From positions 1-47,506 of the IMG/VR virus record IMGVR_UViG_3300044723_002977: 47,506 nucleotides of DNA; one strand, given 5' to 3'. The translations under genes and the position numbers were made by a program. Shown in pieces: positions 1-9,137 of this stretch. This DNA comes from a virus (Duplodnaviria > Caudoviricetes). Numbering within the stretch: position 1 is the stretch's first letter; each line of letters starts with the position of its first letter. The notes below the pieces were generated by a model. The model saw only the letters and a list, made by a program, of their open reading frames with translations, ran no database searches and was not told where the DNA came from.

Positions 1-353
1 GTGTCGTCTTCTAATACATTATTTATGAATTGTTCTTTAACTTCTGAATAGTTTACATCACCTTTTGTTTTATGCAAACTTAAAATTATCCTTTTGAAGT
101 ATCTTTCTCCAACTACTTCTATATCTGCTTTTAGCTCATCACTGGAACCATAGTAATCCTTCCAGTTAGATTCTTTTCTAACACGGCGAGACTTTCCAGC
201 TTGTTTTCTGATTGTGTAGAAATATTTGCGACCAATATATTTGCGACCATTGGTGAGATTTGTAATCATATAAACAAATCCAAAGTAATCACCAATGTCT
301 TCTGACTCAAAGGTTAGACCTTCAAACACCCATGGGTTATCGTATGTCGTCAT
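1..353 (-). CDS. denA: GIY-YIG endonuclease, T4 EndoII (DenA)-like; 3' end runs off the window
   Basis: Not in the ORF track. Manual translation from ATG at 353: MTTYDNPWVFEGLTFESEDIGDYFGFVYMITNLTNGRKYIGRKYF...SNWKDYYGSS; GFVY...YIG motif; open to position 1. Confidence 0.75.
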   Translation of the reverse strand, partial: MTTYDNPWVFEGLTFESEDIGDYFGFVYMITNLTNGRKYIGRKYFYTIRKQAGKSRRVRKESNWKDYYGSSDELKADIEVVGERYFKRIILSLHKTKGDVNYSEVKEQFINNVLEDD

Positions 354-534
354 CTTCAAAATCATAATTATCTTCTATAAAATCATCATCGTCATCGTAT
401 TCTTCAGGTAAATCACTTCCGCAGAAAGGACAAAACTGTAAATCATACTCATATGTTTGATTTACTGAGATGTCAAATATAGCTCCACATTGATCACATT
501 CGCATTCTATTACTACGTCTTTTGGCTCAGACAT
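337..534 (-). CDS. Small zinc-ribbon protein with acidic tail
   Basis: CDQC...CPFC cysteine pairs and a D/E-rich C-terminus; TATAAATA lies upstream at 666-673. Confidence 0.7.
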   Translation of the reverse strand: MSEPKDVVIECECDQCGAIFDISVNQTYEYDLQFCPFCGSDLPEEYDDDDDFIEDNYDFEDDDIR

Positions 535-705
535 CTATGCTCCTCTGTCTATACAATTTTGTAATATTCTTTCACGCTCCTCATCATCACTATATAGCCA
601 TTCACGTATCTCATCTTTAGTCCGAAAACACCCTAGACAAATATTATTTTCGTCTAGGGTGCAAATATTTATACAAGGAGACTCAACTGTTCCTATATTT
701 CGCAT
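535..705 (-). CDS. DUF1289-like cysteine-rich protein
   Basis: ESPCINICTLDENNICLGCFRTKDEIREW pattern; likely start is MRNIG at 705. Confidence 0.75.
   Translation of the reverse strand: MRNIGTVESPCINICTLDENNICLGCFRTKDEIREWLYSDDEERERILQNCIDRGA
666..673 (-). promoter_or_regulatory. T4-type late promoter (TATAAATA)
   Basis: Exact TATAAATA on the minus strand, inside the DUF1289-like gene and upstream of the zinc-ribbon gene. Confidence 0.4.
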
Positions 706-2603
706 CCGCCCGCGACGCATGCTAGCTCCTGTGCACCTTCTGTCATATCTGAGCTTTCATACTCAGATAGAATACTCCAGTCAACATTTTGTGGCATTTG
801 AGCTTTTAGCTCTTCGTATTCTTCAACACCACAATCTTGGTATGGAGCTTGGCGGTATGTATGATCTGAGAATGGAAGGAATGATACACCAGACATCCAA
901 TCAAAGTTTTTATACACCCATGAGCCAACTTCCATCCACTCATGTTCTTTGACTGAGATAGTTACTGATGGCTTATGCTCACACCAACTCTTTTGATATG
1001 TTAACCAAAGCTCAAGCTGTTCAATAGCTGTCATGTCTGTACGGAACACAGCATTCTCTGGTGCCTTCATTGGGAATGAAAACACTGAAGTATGTTGTGG
1101 TTTCATTACATCATCTTCAACTGGAAACCCTGCATCTACCATCATTTTGCACAACGGGTCTTTCTTGTCCGCACGTACTGTTCTGATGTAGTAAGGATTG
1201 TGACGTGCATGAATACCACTCGCAGAATCCACTAGTTGGGATACTGTACCTGAGGGTTTCACGCAAGTTACTGCTGTTGCTTGATTGATTCCAAGTTTCT
1301 CTGCCCATTTCTTGTTCACCTCGACGGCATGGTCTCTTAGCTGCTCTAGGCGTTCAGCTAGACCTTCTTTCTTTCCATTTGTGAGTTCGGAGTCCATAAT
1401 ACCAGTAAGAGAGACACCAAGTAGTCTTTCTTCTTCACAGTTGTTTTTCCAACCTTTATTTATGTACTTAAAGTTAGTAAGTGTAGATTGGAATGTTCCC
1501 ATAATAGCTGCAAACTCTACTTTACGCATCAGGTCATCCATAGAGTCACCTTCACGTACAACAGCTTCTGTCAGATTACAGAACTCTTCATCACGTAGAA
1601 TAATCTCTGAACATGGATTGGTACCAAACTCATAGTTGGCATCTCTACGACCAGAACGTGATGCAGCCATCTGAGCTGACTCACGATTAAAGATACCACG
1701 CTCACCTGACTTTGAGTCGTACAATGCTTTCCACTCATCCATAAAGATACCAATGTCTGGCTTTTCTGTATATGCTGCTGAGTTATTGGCAAGTGCACGT
1801 TGTGCTTCGTTTTCCCACCATTGTCCTGCCTTAGCGTGCCTCATACGGTCGTCAGAAAGATTAGAGAGGGATATTAGTGCTGATCTACGTACACCACCTA
1901 CAACAACAATCTCTGCAATCTTACATACAAGATCGTGACATTCAAGGGACGTCAACTTACGGCCTGCTGCATTCTTAAATACATCAACTGTGAAACGGAA
2001 TAGATCGTCTAGTGGTTCTGGACCAGATGAACGACCACCAAATGTTTTTAACACAGCACCAGCAGGACGAAGTTTGGACAGATCCCAAGTAGGTATCTGT
2101 CCTGCGTACAGCAGAGCAATCAGTTCCTTCAAACCTTTTGCCCATCCAAGACGTGAGTCTGCAACAGAGATAACAGTATCAGTAGGATGGAACTCATCTG
2201 CAACTCTTGGCAGTTCGTTTACATGCTGGCGTTCAACTGAGAATCCAACCCCTGTACCATTCATAAGAATATACAGAATCTCATCGAACGCAGTAACTTT
2301 ATTAACAGCTTTGAATGAACAATTGTAACCTGCAATGTTATCTCTAGCCAATGCAGGACCTGCTGTCATCATTGCTCTCATAGAAGGCATTACTCCAAGA
2401 GACAAGATCTCTTGTTCTAGATCAGAACGTGTCTTTGAATCTAAAGTAAAGTTATAGTTTTCTGTAAGATGATCTTCAAAGAAGTTAAGTAGACGTCCTA
2501 CAGTCTCTGACCATGTCTCACGTCTGCCTTTATCATTCTGCCATCGAGAGTATCTAGATAGGTGAATGAACTGTTGGTATAGGGTTGGAAGTTGATTGTC
2601 CAT
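693..2603 (-). CDS. nrdJ: Class II (adenosylcobalamin-dependent) ribonucleotide reductase
   Basis: Motifs YNCSF, VVVGGVRRSA, GTNPCSEI, TCVKPSGTVS and C-terminal CVAGGCEI; no beta subunit adjacent. Confidence 0.92.
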   Translation of the reverse strand: MDNQLPTLYQQFIHLSRYSRWQNDKGRRETWSETVGRLLNFFEDHLTENYNFTLDSKTRSDLEQEILSLGVMPSMRAMMTAGPALARDNIAGYNCSFKAVNKVTAFDEILYILMNGTGVGFSVERQHVNELPRVADEFHPTDTVISVADSRLGWAKGLKELIALLYAGQIPTWDLSKLRPAGAVLKTFGGRSSGPEPLDDLFRFTVDVFKNAAGRKLTSLECHDLVCKIAEIVVVGGVRRSALISLSNLSDDRMRHAKAGQWWENEAQRALANNSAAYTEKPDIGIFMDEWKALYDSKSGERGIFNRESAQMAASRSGRRDANYEFGTNPCSEIILRDEEFCNLTEAVVREGDSMDDLMRKVEFAAIMGTFQSTLTNFKYINKGWKNNCEEERLLGVSLTGIMDSELTNGKKEGLAERLEQLRDHAVEVNKKWAEKLGINQATAVTCVKPSGTVSQLVDSASGIHARHNPYYIRTVRADKKDPLCKMMVDAGFPVEDDVMKPQHTSVFSFPMKAPENAVFRTDMTAIEQLELWLTYQKSWCEHKPSVTISVKEHEWMEVGSWVYKNFDWMSGVSFLPFSDHTYRQAPYQDCGVEEYEELKAQMPQNVDWSILSEYESSDMTEGAQELACVAGGCEI

Positions 2604-3221
2604 TTATATCTCCGTTAAATATTTCCACGAAATTGGAAATAGCTTTTGTGTTTGTTCTTTAATTTTATTAGCAATAATTCTTGTTTCTGCCTGAGTGTCT
2701 GGTGCACATCTAAGGTTACATACTCTAGCAAACGCCATTAGTGTGCCTGACCAATACCACTCAGTCATCATATTCTGTGGCAGGACCATTCGAGCCATCT
2801 CTGGCGCAATGCCTGTTTTTAATAAATTTGTATAACATTCTTTAATGTACATCATTGCAGGTGCAATACTGTATTCAATAGTCTCGTCACTCGAACCTTG
2901 TTTTTTATCGTCTGCTCTTAGACGCCATTCATTAGGTTCATAAAATTCTGGTTCATCATCTACATATCTACGTGACACTTCGTTCCATACAAGACCAACT
3001 TGATGCTTTACAAGTTGCCTTGCTACGAAGACAGGTGCTTTTATATGAAACTGTAGTGATGCGTGTCCAAACGGAGACCAGTGATTGTGCTGTGCCAGAA
3101 ATCTGATAAGCCTTTCATCTTTTTCTCCGTCTAGTTCTTTGTGTTCTTTTGCGAATGATACCCTGGCTGCATTAACAACAGACAGGTCACTTCCCATATG
3201 ATCTATTAGTGTCACTTCCAT
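2604..3221 (-). CDS. thyX: Flavin-dependent thymidylate synthase ThyX
   Basis: VVNAARVSF, HWSPFGH, ARQLVKH, WNEVSRRY, PEMARMVLP; start MEVTL overlaps the primase stop (TAATG). Confidence 0.95.
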   Translation of the reverse strand: MEVTLIDHMGSDLSVVNAARVSFAKEHKELDGEKDERLIRFLAQHNHWSPFGHASLQFHIKAPVFVARQLVKHQVGLVWNEVSRRYVDDEPEFYEPNEWRLRADDKKQGSSDETIEYSIAPAMMYIKECYTNLLKTGIAPEMARMVLPQNMMTEWYWSGTLMAFARVCNLRCAPDTQAETRIIANKIKEQTQKLFPISWKYLTEI

Positions 3222-4216
3222 TATATCTTGCTCCATTGAGAAATAGCGAGCTTCAAACTCAATCCCGAAAACGTGTTCATATGTATAATCTCTGATACTT
3301 CACGACCTGCAAGAATCATGTCATTAATATCTTTTTCTTCAATATTTTTTGGCCACACAACCATTTTCTGATTAGTCATGGACTCCATAATCTTAACCAG
3401 CTCAGGACTTCTTGGCTGATTATCGAACACATAGACTGCATCTAGATCCATACTAGAGACTTTCTTCAGATCACTACCACCAACAGCAATTGCATTAGGT
3501 AGGAACATTGAGTCTAGTGGTCCTTCCGTTACATATACAGTCTTTGATTTGTCAATCTTATCTATATTATAGACAAGAGGCTCATCATCACTTATCTTAA
3601 TAGTTATGTATCTGAGTCTTTCATTTCCAAGCGCTCTACACGTAACACCAATTAATTTTCCTAATCTGTTATAAAAAGGAATAACTAGTCTAGGCTCAGT
3701 ACCAACTATACGGTCTTTGTATTTGTCTGAAAGTTGTTCCAGAAGTTGAACGTCCTCTATGTAGTAAAGTTCGGATAGTTTTTGTTCAGGTAGTTTTCTT
3801 TTTCTGTAAAAAACTTTGGCTGGATGATCCTCATCCAAGACATCTAATCTCGTCATAAGTTTATCTAAGATAGATTTTGGCTTGAACTTAGGAGTAAAGT
3901 TGAGTTCTGTCTTTACTTGCTTAGGTACAGTATTGCTGTGGCCTTCAGCAAATCTTTCAACCTTATACTGTTTGTGCATAAATGGATCTAGATGTCTAAG
4001 TAGTCCACTAAGAGATGTACTATGGCTACAGTTATGACATTTGAAGTTGAGGCTGCCTTTGATATCATAGACATAGCCTCTTGCTTTCCATTTGTTCTTC
4101 TGAGAGTCACCACAGAAAGGACAACGGAAGTTGTACAGCTTATCAGACTTGCGTGCAAATCGTTCAAGCTGAGGTGAGAGTAAGTTAATATATTTGTGAT
4201 CTATCCACGTGCTCAT
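3221..4216 (-). CDS. gp61: DNA primase, T4 gp61-like
   Basis: Zinc finger FRCPFCGDS...CHNC and TOPRIM motifs VTEGPLDS, VFDN, KDIND; likely start MSTWID at 4216. Confidence 0.93.
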   Translation of the reverse strand: MSTWIDHKYINLLSPQLERFARKSDKLYNFRCPFCGDSQKNKWKARGYVYDIKGSLNFKCHNCSHSTSLSGLLRHLDPFMHKQYKVERFAEGHSNTVPKQVKTELNFTPKFKPKSILDKLMTRLDVLDEDHPAKVFYRKRKLPEQKLSELYYIEDVQLLEQLSDKYKDRIVGTEPRLVIPFYNRLGKLIGVTCRALGNERLRYITIKISDDEPLVYNIDKIDKSKTVYVTEGPLDSMFLPNAIAVGGSDLKKVSSMDLDAVYVFDNQPRSPELVKIMESMTNQKMVVWPKNIEEKDINDMILAGREVSEIIHMNTFSGLSLKLAISQWSKI

Positions 4217-4251
4217 TACAAAAGTATAAGGTAATCGGAGTTTTAAGTCAA
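4217..4251 (-). promoter_or_regulatory. Sigma70-type promoter predicting a leaderless primase mRNA
   Basis: TTGACT(4251-4246)-17 nt-TATACT(4228-4223)-TTTGTA-ATG; no Shine-Dalgarno sequence. Confidence 0.7.
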
Positions 4252-4526
4252 CCAATAATTTTTTGTATCATGCTCATTCCATCAGCCAAAATAAAACCAA
4301 CAACAATAGCACCGCCAACAATGGACCATTTCCAGCGTTCCAGTTTTGTAACACGGTCATCCATTCGATGATTGATTTCTTGCTGTTCCTTACGCATCTC
4401 CTTAATTTCATTAAGCAGCTCGTCTTTCATATCACTAATTCTTTCGTGCAATCGTTCATGCTCCCTCTTAGATTCTATTCTAAGACGGTCAACATATTCA
4501 AATAGGTTGACTTCTTGCTCAGGCAT
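4248..4526 (-). CDS. Coiled-coil protein with C-terminal TM helix (XhlA/holin-like)
   Basis: Heptad-rich N-terminus followed by WKWSIVGGAIVVGFILA; AATAAATA late-like motif upstream at 4556-4563. Confidence 0.6.
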   Translation of the reverse strand: MPEQEVNLFEYVDRLRIESKREHERLHERISDMKDELLNEIKEMRKEQQEINHRMDDRVTKLERWKWSIVGGAIVVGFILADGMSMIQKIIG

Positions 4527-4554
4527 TGTGTGGCTCCAATACTAAACCTTAGTA

Positions 4555-5148
4555 CTATTTATTTAATTCTATTTGTGCATTTACTTTTCTATGGCCGTTC
4601 CATGCAACAAATCCACCTAAACGTAGAGCCCAATAAGCAAGATAATTTAAGAAATGAAAACCATTCTGTTCAATGTTGATGTCTCTGAATATCTGATCAG
4701 CTTTCTTCTGATCAATTTCTCCCATTGTTTCTTTTTGACCCGACTTCAATAGTGTAGCATACTTATAAGCGTAGTCGTGTACTAATCCACCCATCAACAA
4801 AACTCCAGTTGGTGATAGCCATGTATGTAAGAACTTAGGTATTGATGCTCCATCAAATCTAAATCCTTGTGGTATGATATACCATTCACCTTCAATCTTG
4901 AAAGCCCAGTCATCTGCAACTTCCCAGTGACGTGTTCCTGTAATCCACATCCAGATAGCACCCCAGAACCCTTTGCCCGCTGTCTCTATCTTTAGTGGTC
5001 TTAGCTGTGGCATAACTCTATATTCAAAACCAATAATTTCTTCATCACAATCTATACCCATTCTGTTAGCTAGCCATCCAATGATGATAAGAATACCAAC
5101 TACAGTAAACTGCCACCATGTAATAAGTTGATCGATAATGAAATCCAT
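4555..5148 (-). CDS. DUF1353-like protein with N-terminal TM helix
   Basis: IPQGFRFDGASIP, LVHDYAY and ADQIFRD motifs. Confidence 0.75.
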   Translation of the reverse strand: MDFIIDQLITWWQFTVVGILIIIGWLANRMGIDCDEEIIGFEYRVMPQLRPLKIETAGKGFWGAIWMWITGTRHWEVADDWAFKIEGEWYIIPQGFRFDGASIPKFLHTWLSPTGVLLMGGLVHDYAYKYATLLKSGQKETMGEIDQKKADQIFRDINIEQNGFHFLNYLAYWALRLGGFVAWNGHRKVNAQIELNK

Positions 5149-5169
5149 TACTCTGTCTCCTATCTTAAA

Positions 5170-5391
5170 CTAGTCTACAAACTCGACAATAGTGTAATAA
5201 TCAGGGTTTGCACTGATAAGCTCTAATCTTACTGTATCTTTTTTACAAGAATATCTACTACCCGCTTCCTTACCTACGTTGCGCTCAATCTTTCTCTTCA
5301 CAGCCAAACATTCAGACAACGTAAAATGAGGTGTCCATTCTTTTGCTTCACCCCCAAGTGTCAGAAATAATACGAACAGTGTTTCTACCAT
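5170..5391 (-). CDS. Hypothetical protein (hydrophobic N-terminus, two Cys)
   Basis: Translationally coupled ORF (TAATG overlap). Confidence 0.6.
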   Translation of the reverse strand: MVETLFVLFLTLGGEAKEWTPHFTLSECLAVKRKIERNVGKEAGSRYSCKKDTVRLELISANPDYYTIVEFVD

Positions 5392-5831
5392 TAGTGACCA
5401 CCGTTCTTTTTCATTCCGTTAAGATCGTGAATCATATCCATTTGATCGTTACGTATCTTCTCAATCATTTGTTCTAGACCTTCAATTCTTTGTTTATAAA
5501 AGTCTAGTGTAAGTGCTTGTTGTTGATCAAACGGTGCTTTACCTGTTTCAATTTCTGTTGCTAGTTTTTCTAATTCACTAGCAAGATGTTCTATTAACAT
5601 AAACTGTTCACTATCTGCTGGAAGAGAACCCATTTCTCCTCTAGGCCACTTTATACGAAACTCTGTGTTCTGTTCTAAATCAGCTTCCATCATAGTAATA
5701 TTAGTCTCAAGAGTATTGAGTCTTTCCACTATACCAAAGTATGCCCATGTTGCAACTGATGCACCTGCAATAAGACTAATCATGTTTCGAAGTGGAAGAG
5801 CTACTTCTGTGTTATCACTTATCTTTGCCAT
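5391..5831 (-). CDS. Hypothetical membrane-anchored coiled-coil protein
   Basis: N-terminal TM (MISLIAGASVATWAYFGIV) followed by coiled coil. Confidence 0.65.
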   Translation of the reverse strand: MAKISDNTEVALPLRNMISLIAGASVATWAYFGIVERLNTLETNITMMEADLEQNTEFRIKWPRGEMGSLPADSEQFMLIEHLASELEKLATEIETGKAPFDQQQALTLDFYKQRIEGLEQMIEKIRNDQMDMIHDLNGMKKNGGH

Positions 5832-6177
5832 CTGGTTCCTCCGTCACAGCTTTTTCATAATATAAGATAATTTCTTTTTGTTGTTCTAAGTACCGTTTGA
5901 TGTCTGCAATGTTAAGAGCAAGATTCTCATAGTCTTTCATGCTCAATGCAACAAAAGCAAGTTCACCATAAGTATCTGTAAACTCTTTGACGAACTCTTC
6001 ATAATTATCTTTTGTAACTACAAATACTCTTGTATCATTCAGTTGTAGTGGTTTCGGCTGAGCTACTGTTGGTATTTGTACCTTCTCCACTTTGGTTACT
6101 ACTTTGATCTCCGGTTCCGGTTGGAAACGGCTGCAACCAGCTAGGAAGAGGACGCTCAGCATTACCACCACTGTCAT
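5815..6177 (-). CDS. o-spanin (Rz1-like outer membrane lipoprotein)
   Basis: Signal peptide MTVVVMLSVLFLAG|C with LAGC lipobox; overlaps the 3' end of the i-spanin gene in another frame. Confidence 0.7.
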   Translation of the reverse strand: MTVVVMLSVLFLAGCSRFQPEPEIKVVTKVEKVQIPTVAQPKPLQLNDTRVFVVTKDNYEEFVKEFTDTYGELAFVALSMKDYENLALNIADIKRYLEQQKEIILYYEKAVTEEPDGKDK

Positions 6178-6538
6178 CCATGAAGTCACGCCATAATTTT
6201 GCTGTCGCACCATTCATCTTTCCTTCTAATTCTTTTGAACCCCTTAATGCTTCTACTACTAAATCTAATTTAGATAGTTTCTGTCTGAGTTCATCTCCAT
6301 ACTGTTCTGCTTTTTGTAAATCTTCTTGTAAAGATTTATTTAAACCATTCAGTCTTGTTACATCTCCTTGAAGTGTTTTTAAACTTTCTTCTGATGTTTG
6401 TACTGCAACTTCTAACTTTGCATTATTATCTCTTAGAGTTGCAATAGTATTCTGGGTAGTGTCATAATAGTACTTAGCACCATAACCAACACCACCCAAA
6501 ACTGCAACAATAAAAATAATTACATATATTCTAAGCAT
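6035..6538 (-). CDS. i-spanin (Rz-like)
   Basis: Single N-terminal TM helix and long coiled coil, overlapped by a lipoprotein gene. Confidence 0.7.
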   Translation of the reverse strand: MLRIYVIIFIVAVLGGVGYGAKYYYDTTQNTIATLRDNNAKLEVAVQTSEESLKTLQGDVTRLNGLNKSLQEDLQKAEQYGDELRQKLSKLDLVVEALRGSKELEGKMNGATAKLWRDFMDDSGGNAERPLPSWLQPFPTGTGDQSSNQSGEGTNTNSSSAETTTTE

Positions 6539-6699
6539 TACTCACTTTTCCAGATTGTCCATGCTCCGTAAGCAATTGCTGCATAAGCAGCGATCTTAGC
6601 AAACGGTCCTGCTATAAGTATAATAACACCAAGAGCAACCAAAGCTGCACCATCCCAAGATGTACGCTCTGCTACTCTATTCTGAACCCATTTTACCAT
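6538..6699 (-). CDS. Putative holin (53 aa, two TM helices)
   Basis: Not in the ORF track: MVKWVQNRVAERTSWDGAALVALGVIILIAGPFAKIAAYAAIAYGAWTIWKSE; TAATG overlaps at both ends; directly upstream of the spanins. Confidence 0.55.
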   Translation of the reverse strand: MVKWVQNRVAERTSWDGAALVALGVIILIAGPFAKIAAYAAIAYGAWTIWKSE

Positions 6700-7043
6700 T
6701 ACTTCCTCCTCTTTGCCATATTCTTTATAAACATGGCTTGTTTAAAAAGTTGGTTTCCTCTGGCCTTTTGTCCTTTAGCTTTTAAAGCTCTGGCCTTGCT
6801 TAGTAACTTCTCAGCATCACTGACAGTTACTTTCTCACCCTCACCTTTACCAAGATAGGCTGATGCCTTTCGTTTGATAGATCCTGGACGTGATCCAGGT
6901 TTAGGTGCTTGAGTGAAATCTTCTTGGGCTCTAGCAATCTGATCAGGAGTAGGTGCACCTTTTGCACCTTTCTTTCTCATCTTCTCTCCAGAACCCTGTT
7001 TGATTCTTTGACGTTTCTTATGAATGTTTGCCCAGAGACTCAT
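6699..7043 (-). CDS. Highly basic hypothetical protein, possibly internal virion protein
   Basis: K/R-rich sequence in the late block; translationally coupled. Confidence 0.6.
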   Translation of the reverse strand: MSLWANIHKKRQRIKQGSGEKMRKKGAKGAPTPDQIARAQEDFTQAPKPGSRPGSIKRKASAYLGKGEGEKVTVSDAEKLLSKARALKAKGQKARGNQLFKQAMFIKNMAKRRK

Positions 7044-7774
7044 TACCTCAATCCTGTTCCTTCATCATCTATAAGAATACCTTCTCCAAACACTGATAAT
7101 TCGTGCGTTCCAGAATCAGTTTTGACTTGAAACTGTATATCTGTCTTTTCAGAATACTTAAAAGGAAATCTTCTTTGAATATTCATATTATTAAAAAATG
7201 TGGTTCTTGCAGTATTATATTGTTGACCAGTACTTGTTTGAGAAAAATTTCTAAACAAAGCAGGTTTTGCTGCAGTACCGTCAGAAGAAAATGCATCAAT
7301 ACGATAAAGATAAAAACTATTACCTGCAGGAACTGTAAATAAACTTGCTTGGTTTCTACCATCACCAGCTCTTATACCTGCATACTTTACTGTCTTGCCA
7401 GTGTTTTGTACTGTTATTAATCCAACATTAGTATTACCAGAAGTCAATATTACATCATTAATTCTAAAAAATTGTGAAGAGGTGTCTACGTCACCACCAC
7501 CATTTAATGTGACATTTTCAACTACTTGTTCATAATTTGAATCTAAACCAATGATCCGTAAATTTTTTCCATTATCTGATGAAGAAGCTGAAGTTACTGT
7601 CATAGTAAGGTTAGCTGTTGGATAAACATAATTTGTACCACTAAACTCCCACAACACTCTTAGTGTTGTATCTCCTGATTCTTGATAACCAAAGATGTTA
7701 CGAACTGATGAATTTCTCATCAGTCCTCTAGCAGTGTTTAATTTATCTTCGTTTGGATATTTCAAATAAGCCAT
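7043..7774 (-). CDS. Hypothetical beta-rich, probably virion-associated protein
   Basis: 243-aa T/S/G/N-rich ORF in the late block. Confidence 0.6.
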   Translation of the reverse strand: MAYLKYPNEDKLNTARGLMRNSSVRNIFGYQESGDTTLRVLWEFSGTNYVYPTANLTMTVTSASSSDNGKNLRIIGLDSNYEQVVENVTLNGGGDVDTSSQFFRINDVILTSGNTNVGLITVQNTGKTVKYAGIRAGDGRNQASLFTVPAGNSFYLYRIDAFSSDGTAAKPALFRNFSQTSTGQQYNTARTTFFNNMNIQRRFPFKYSEKTDIQFQVKTDSGTHELSVFGEGILIDDEGTGLR

Positions 7775-8304
7775 TATAATTTACCTATAGCTGTATTAGC
7801 TTTCATTCTTTTCTTGAGAAACTGTACGCCACTAATGTAACGACCCATCTTCTTTCTATTACCTTTTTGGCCAACTTTGATACTTTTGTTAGACCAGTGA
7901 ACAGGATCACCACCAGTACCAGCAACAGCAGCACCGGTAGCATTGGCGGGCACTTCTTCTTTGAGATCTTTGAAAGACTTAGCTGAGTTCTTATTCAGAT
8001 TATCTATTTCTTCTAATAGATTTTTGTAGGTGTGTTGATCTTCTTCTTTGAGTAGAAGAAGTGCAGCTGCATATGTTTTTAATTTAGATTCACCACCAGG
8101 CAGTCTGTTAAGTAAACGCTTCATGTTAAAGATCATACGGTCGAAGGGTGTCATTGCATCCTTCTCTTGTTGAGTCTTAGCTTTCTTGAGACGTTTTCCT
8201 TTGTCATCGATAAGACCAAGGTTGAATGCCTCAGTCTCATCAAAAGGTGTGGCAAGACGCTTGATGAATTGGTATGTCATAAAAAGATCGACTGCTTGGG
8301 CCAT
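7774..8304 (-). CDS. Conserved T4-like hypothetical protein
   Basis: YQFIKRLATPF..AFNLGLIDDKG N-terminus; possible protease site LKEE|VPANATG. Confidence 0.7.
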   Translation of the reverse strand: MAQAVDLFMTYQFIKRLATPFDETEAFNLGLIDDKGKRLKKAKTQQEKDAMTPFDRMIFNMKRLLNRLPGGESKLKTYAAALLLLKEEDQHTYKNLLEEIDNLNKNSAKSFKDLKEEVPANATGAAVAGTGGDPVHWSNKSIKVGQKGNRKKMGRYISGVQFLKKRMKANTAIGKL

Positions 8305-8694
8305 TTATATCCTTCCGAGAGTCTCAACAATATGTTCATCGCTTTCAACGTCGTCAGAATATATTGTAAGCTCTTCAGCTCCTATCTTTTCTATCTTGTC
8401 TGGCCAGTAGTGTAAGAGTTCTAAAAATGGTTTTAGATATCTTAAATACTCACCAAGTTTAAATACCAACATCCTTGTAGCAGCTTCATGTTCAAAAACA
8501 TTATAGATAACAATGATGTGATTGATGACAAGACGATCTTTCAGAACGCCTGTATCTTCATACTTTTTGAACAATCTCTTAATGTACTTAATTCTATTTA
8601 AGTCATCTTGAAATTCCAAAATATCACAACAGTCTTTGTTATCATAATTCTTTGCAGCGTAAACTGCAAAGGTACTTTCATCCAACGTGATCAT
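8305..8694 (-). CDS. Conserved T4-like hypothetical protein
   Basis: YAAKNYDN..EFQDDLNRIKYIKRLF...LVINHII..YNVF pattern familiar from marine T4-like phages. Confidence 0.7.
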   Translation of the reverse strand: MITLDESTFAVYAAKNYDNKDCCDILEFQDDLNRIKYIKRLFKKYEDTGVLKDRLVINHIIVIYNVFEHEAATRMLVFKLGEYLRYLKPFLELLHYWPDKIEKIGAEELTIYSDDVESDEHIVETLGRI

Positions 8695-8697
8695 AAA

Positions 8698-9123
8698 TTA
8701 AAATACCGATAAAGCAACCCTCTTAATTTGGTTGTTTGCTGTTGCAACATATAAGAAATTTGAATCCCAGAAAATACTACCTTGTAATACATCATCACCC
8801 AAAACAGCTGTTGCATTGTTTGAACTGACTGTTGTTGGATTGTTTAATGTAATAACACCACTAGTAATTTTGACCTGACCTGCAGCTGCCTTAGTAAAGT
8901 TTGTATTGGCAACAACAACAGTATTAGATCCGTTTATAGTTGTATTAGCATTAAGAGTGGTAGTGCCGCTAATAGTTGTATTAGCAGGAACACTACCAAA
9001 CATATTTTTAAGAGATATTTGCTTACTGACCGGAGTGCCTGTAGGATCATCAACGATAAGAAGGAGATCCTTCTGATTCGGTGAAGTCAAAGCAGTTAGT
9101 TGTGAAACCTTCTTATCGGCCAT
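8698..9123 (-). CDS. Probable virion structural protein
   Basis: MADKKVSQLTALT N-terminus and GSIFWDSNFLYVAT C-terminus resemble fibre/decoration proteins. Confidence 0.6.
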   Translation of the reverse strand: MADKKVSQLTALTSPNQKDLLLIVDDPTGTPVSKQISLKNMFGSVPANTTISGTTTLNANTTINGSNTVVVANTNFTKAAAGQVKITSGVITLNNPTTVSSNNATAVLGDDVLQGSIFWDSNFLYVATANNQIKRVALSVF

Positions 9124-9137
9124 TATAAACTCCTATC

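Noticed and set aside
221-250. Tandem repeat TATTTGCGACCA, two copies at 15-nt period
   Set aside because: It encodes GRKYIGRKY within the GIY-YIG gene; there are only two copies and no spacers, so it is not a CRISPR array.
4217-4255. Longer ORF-track start for primase (similarly thyX, gp45, queE, pstS)
   Set aside because: The extensions run through promoters or upstream genes; the shorter starts fit RBS position, coupling and family N-termini better.
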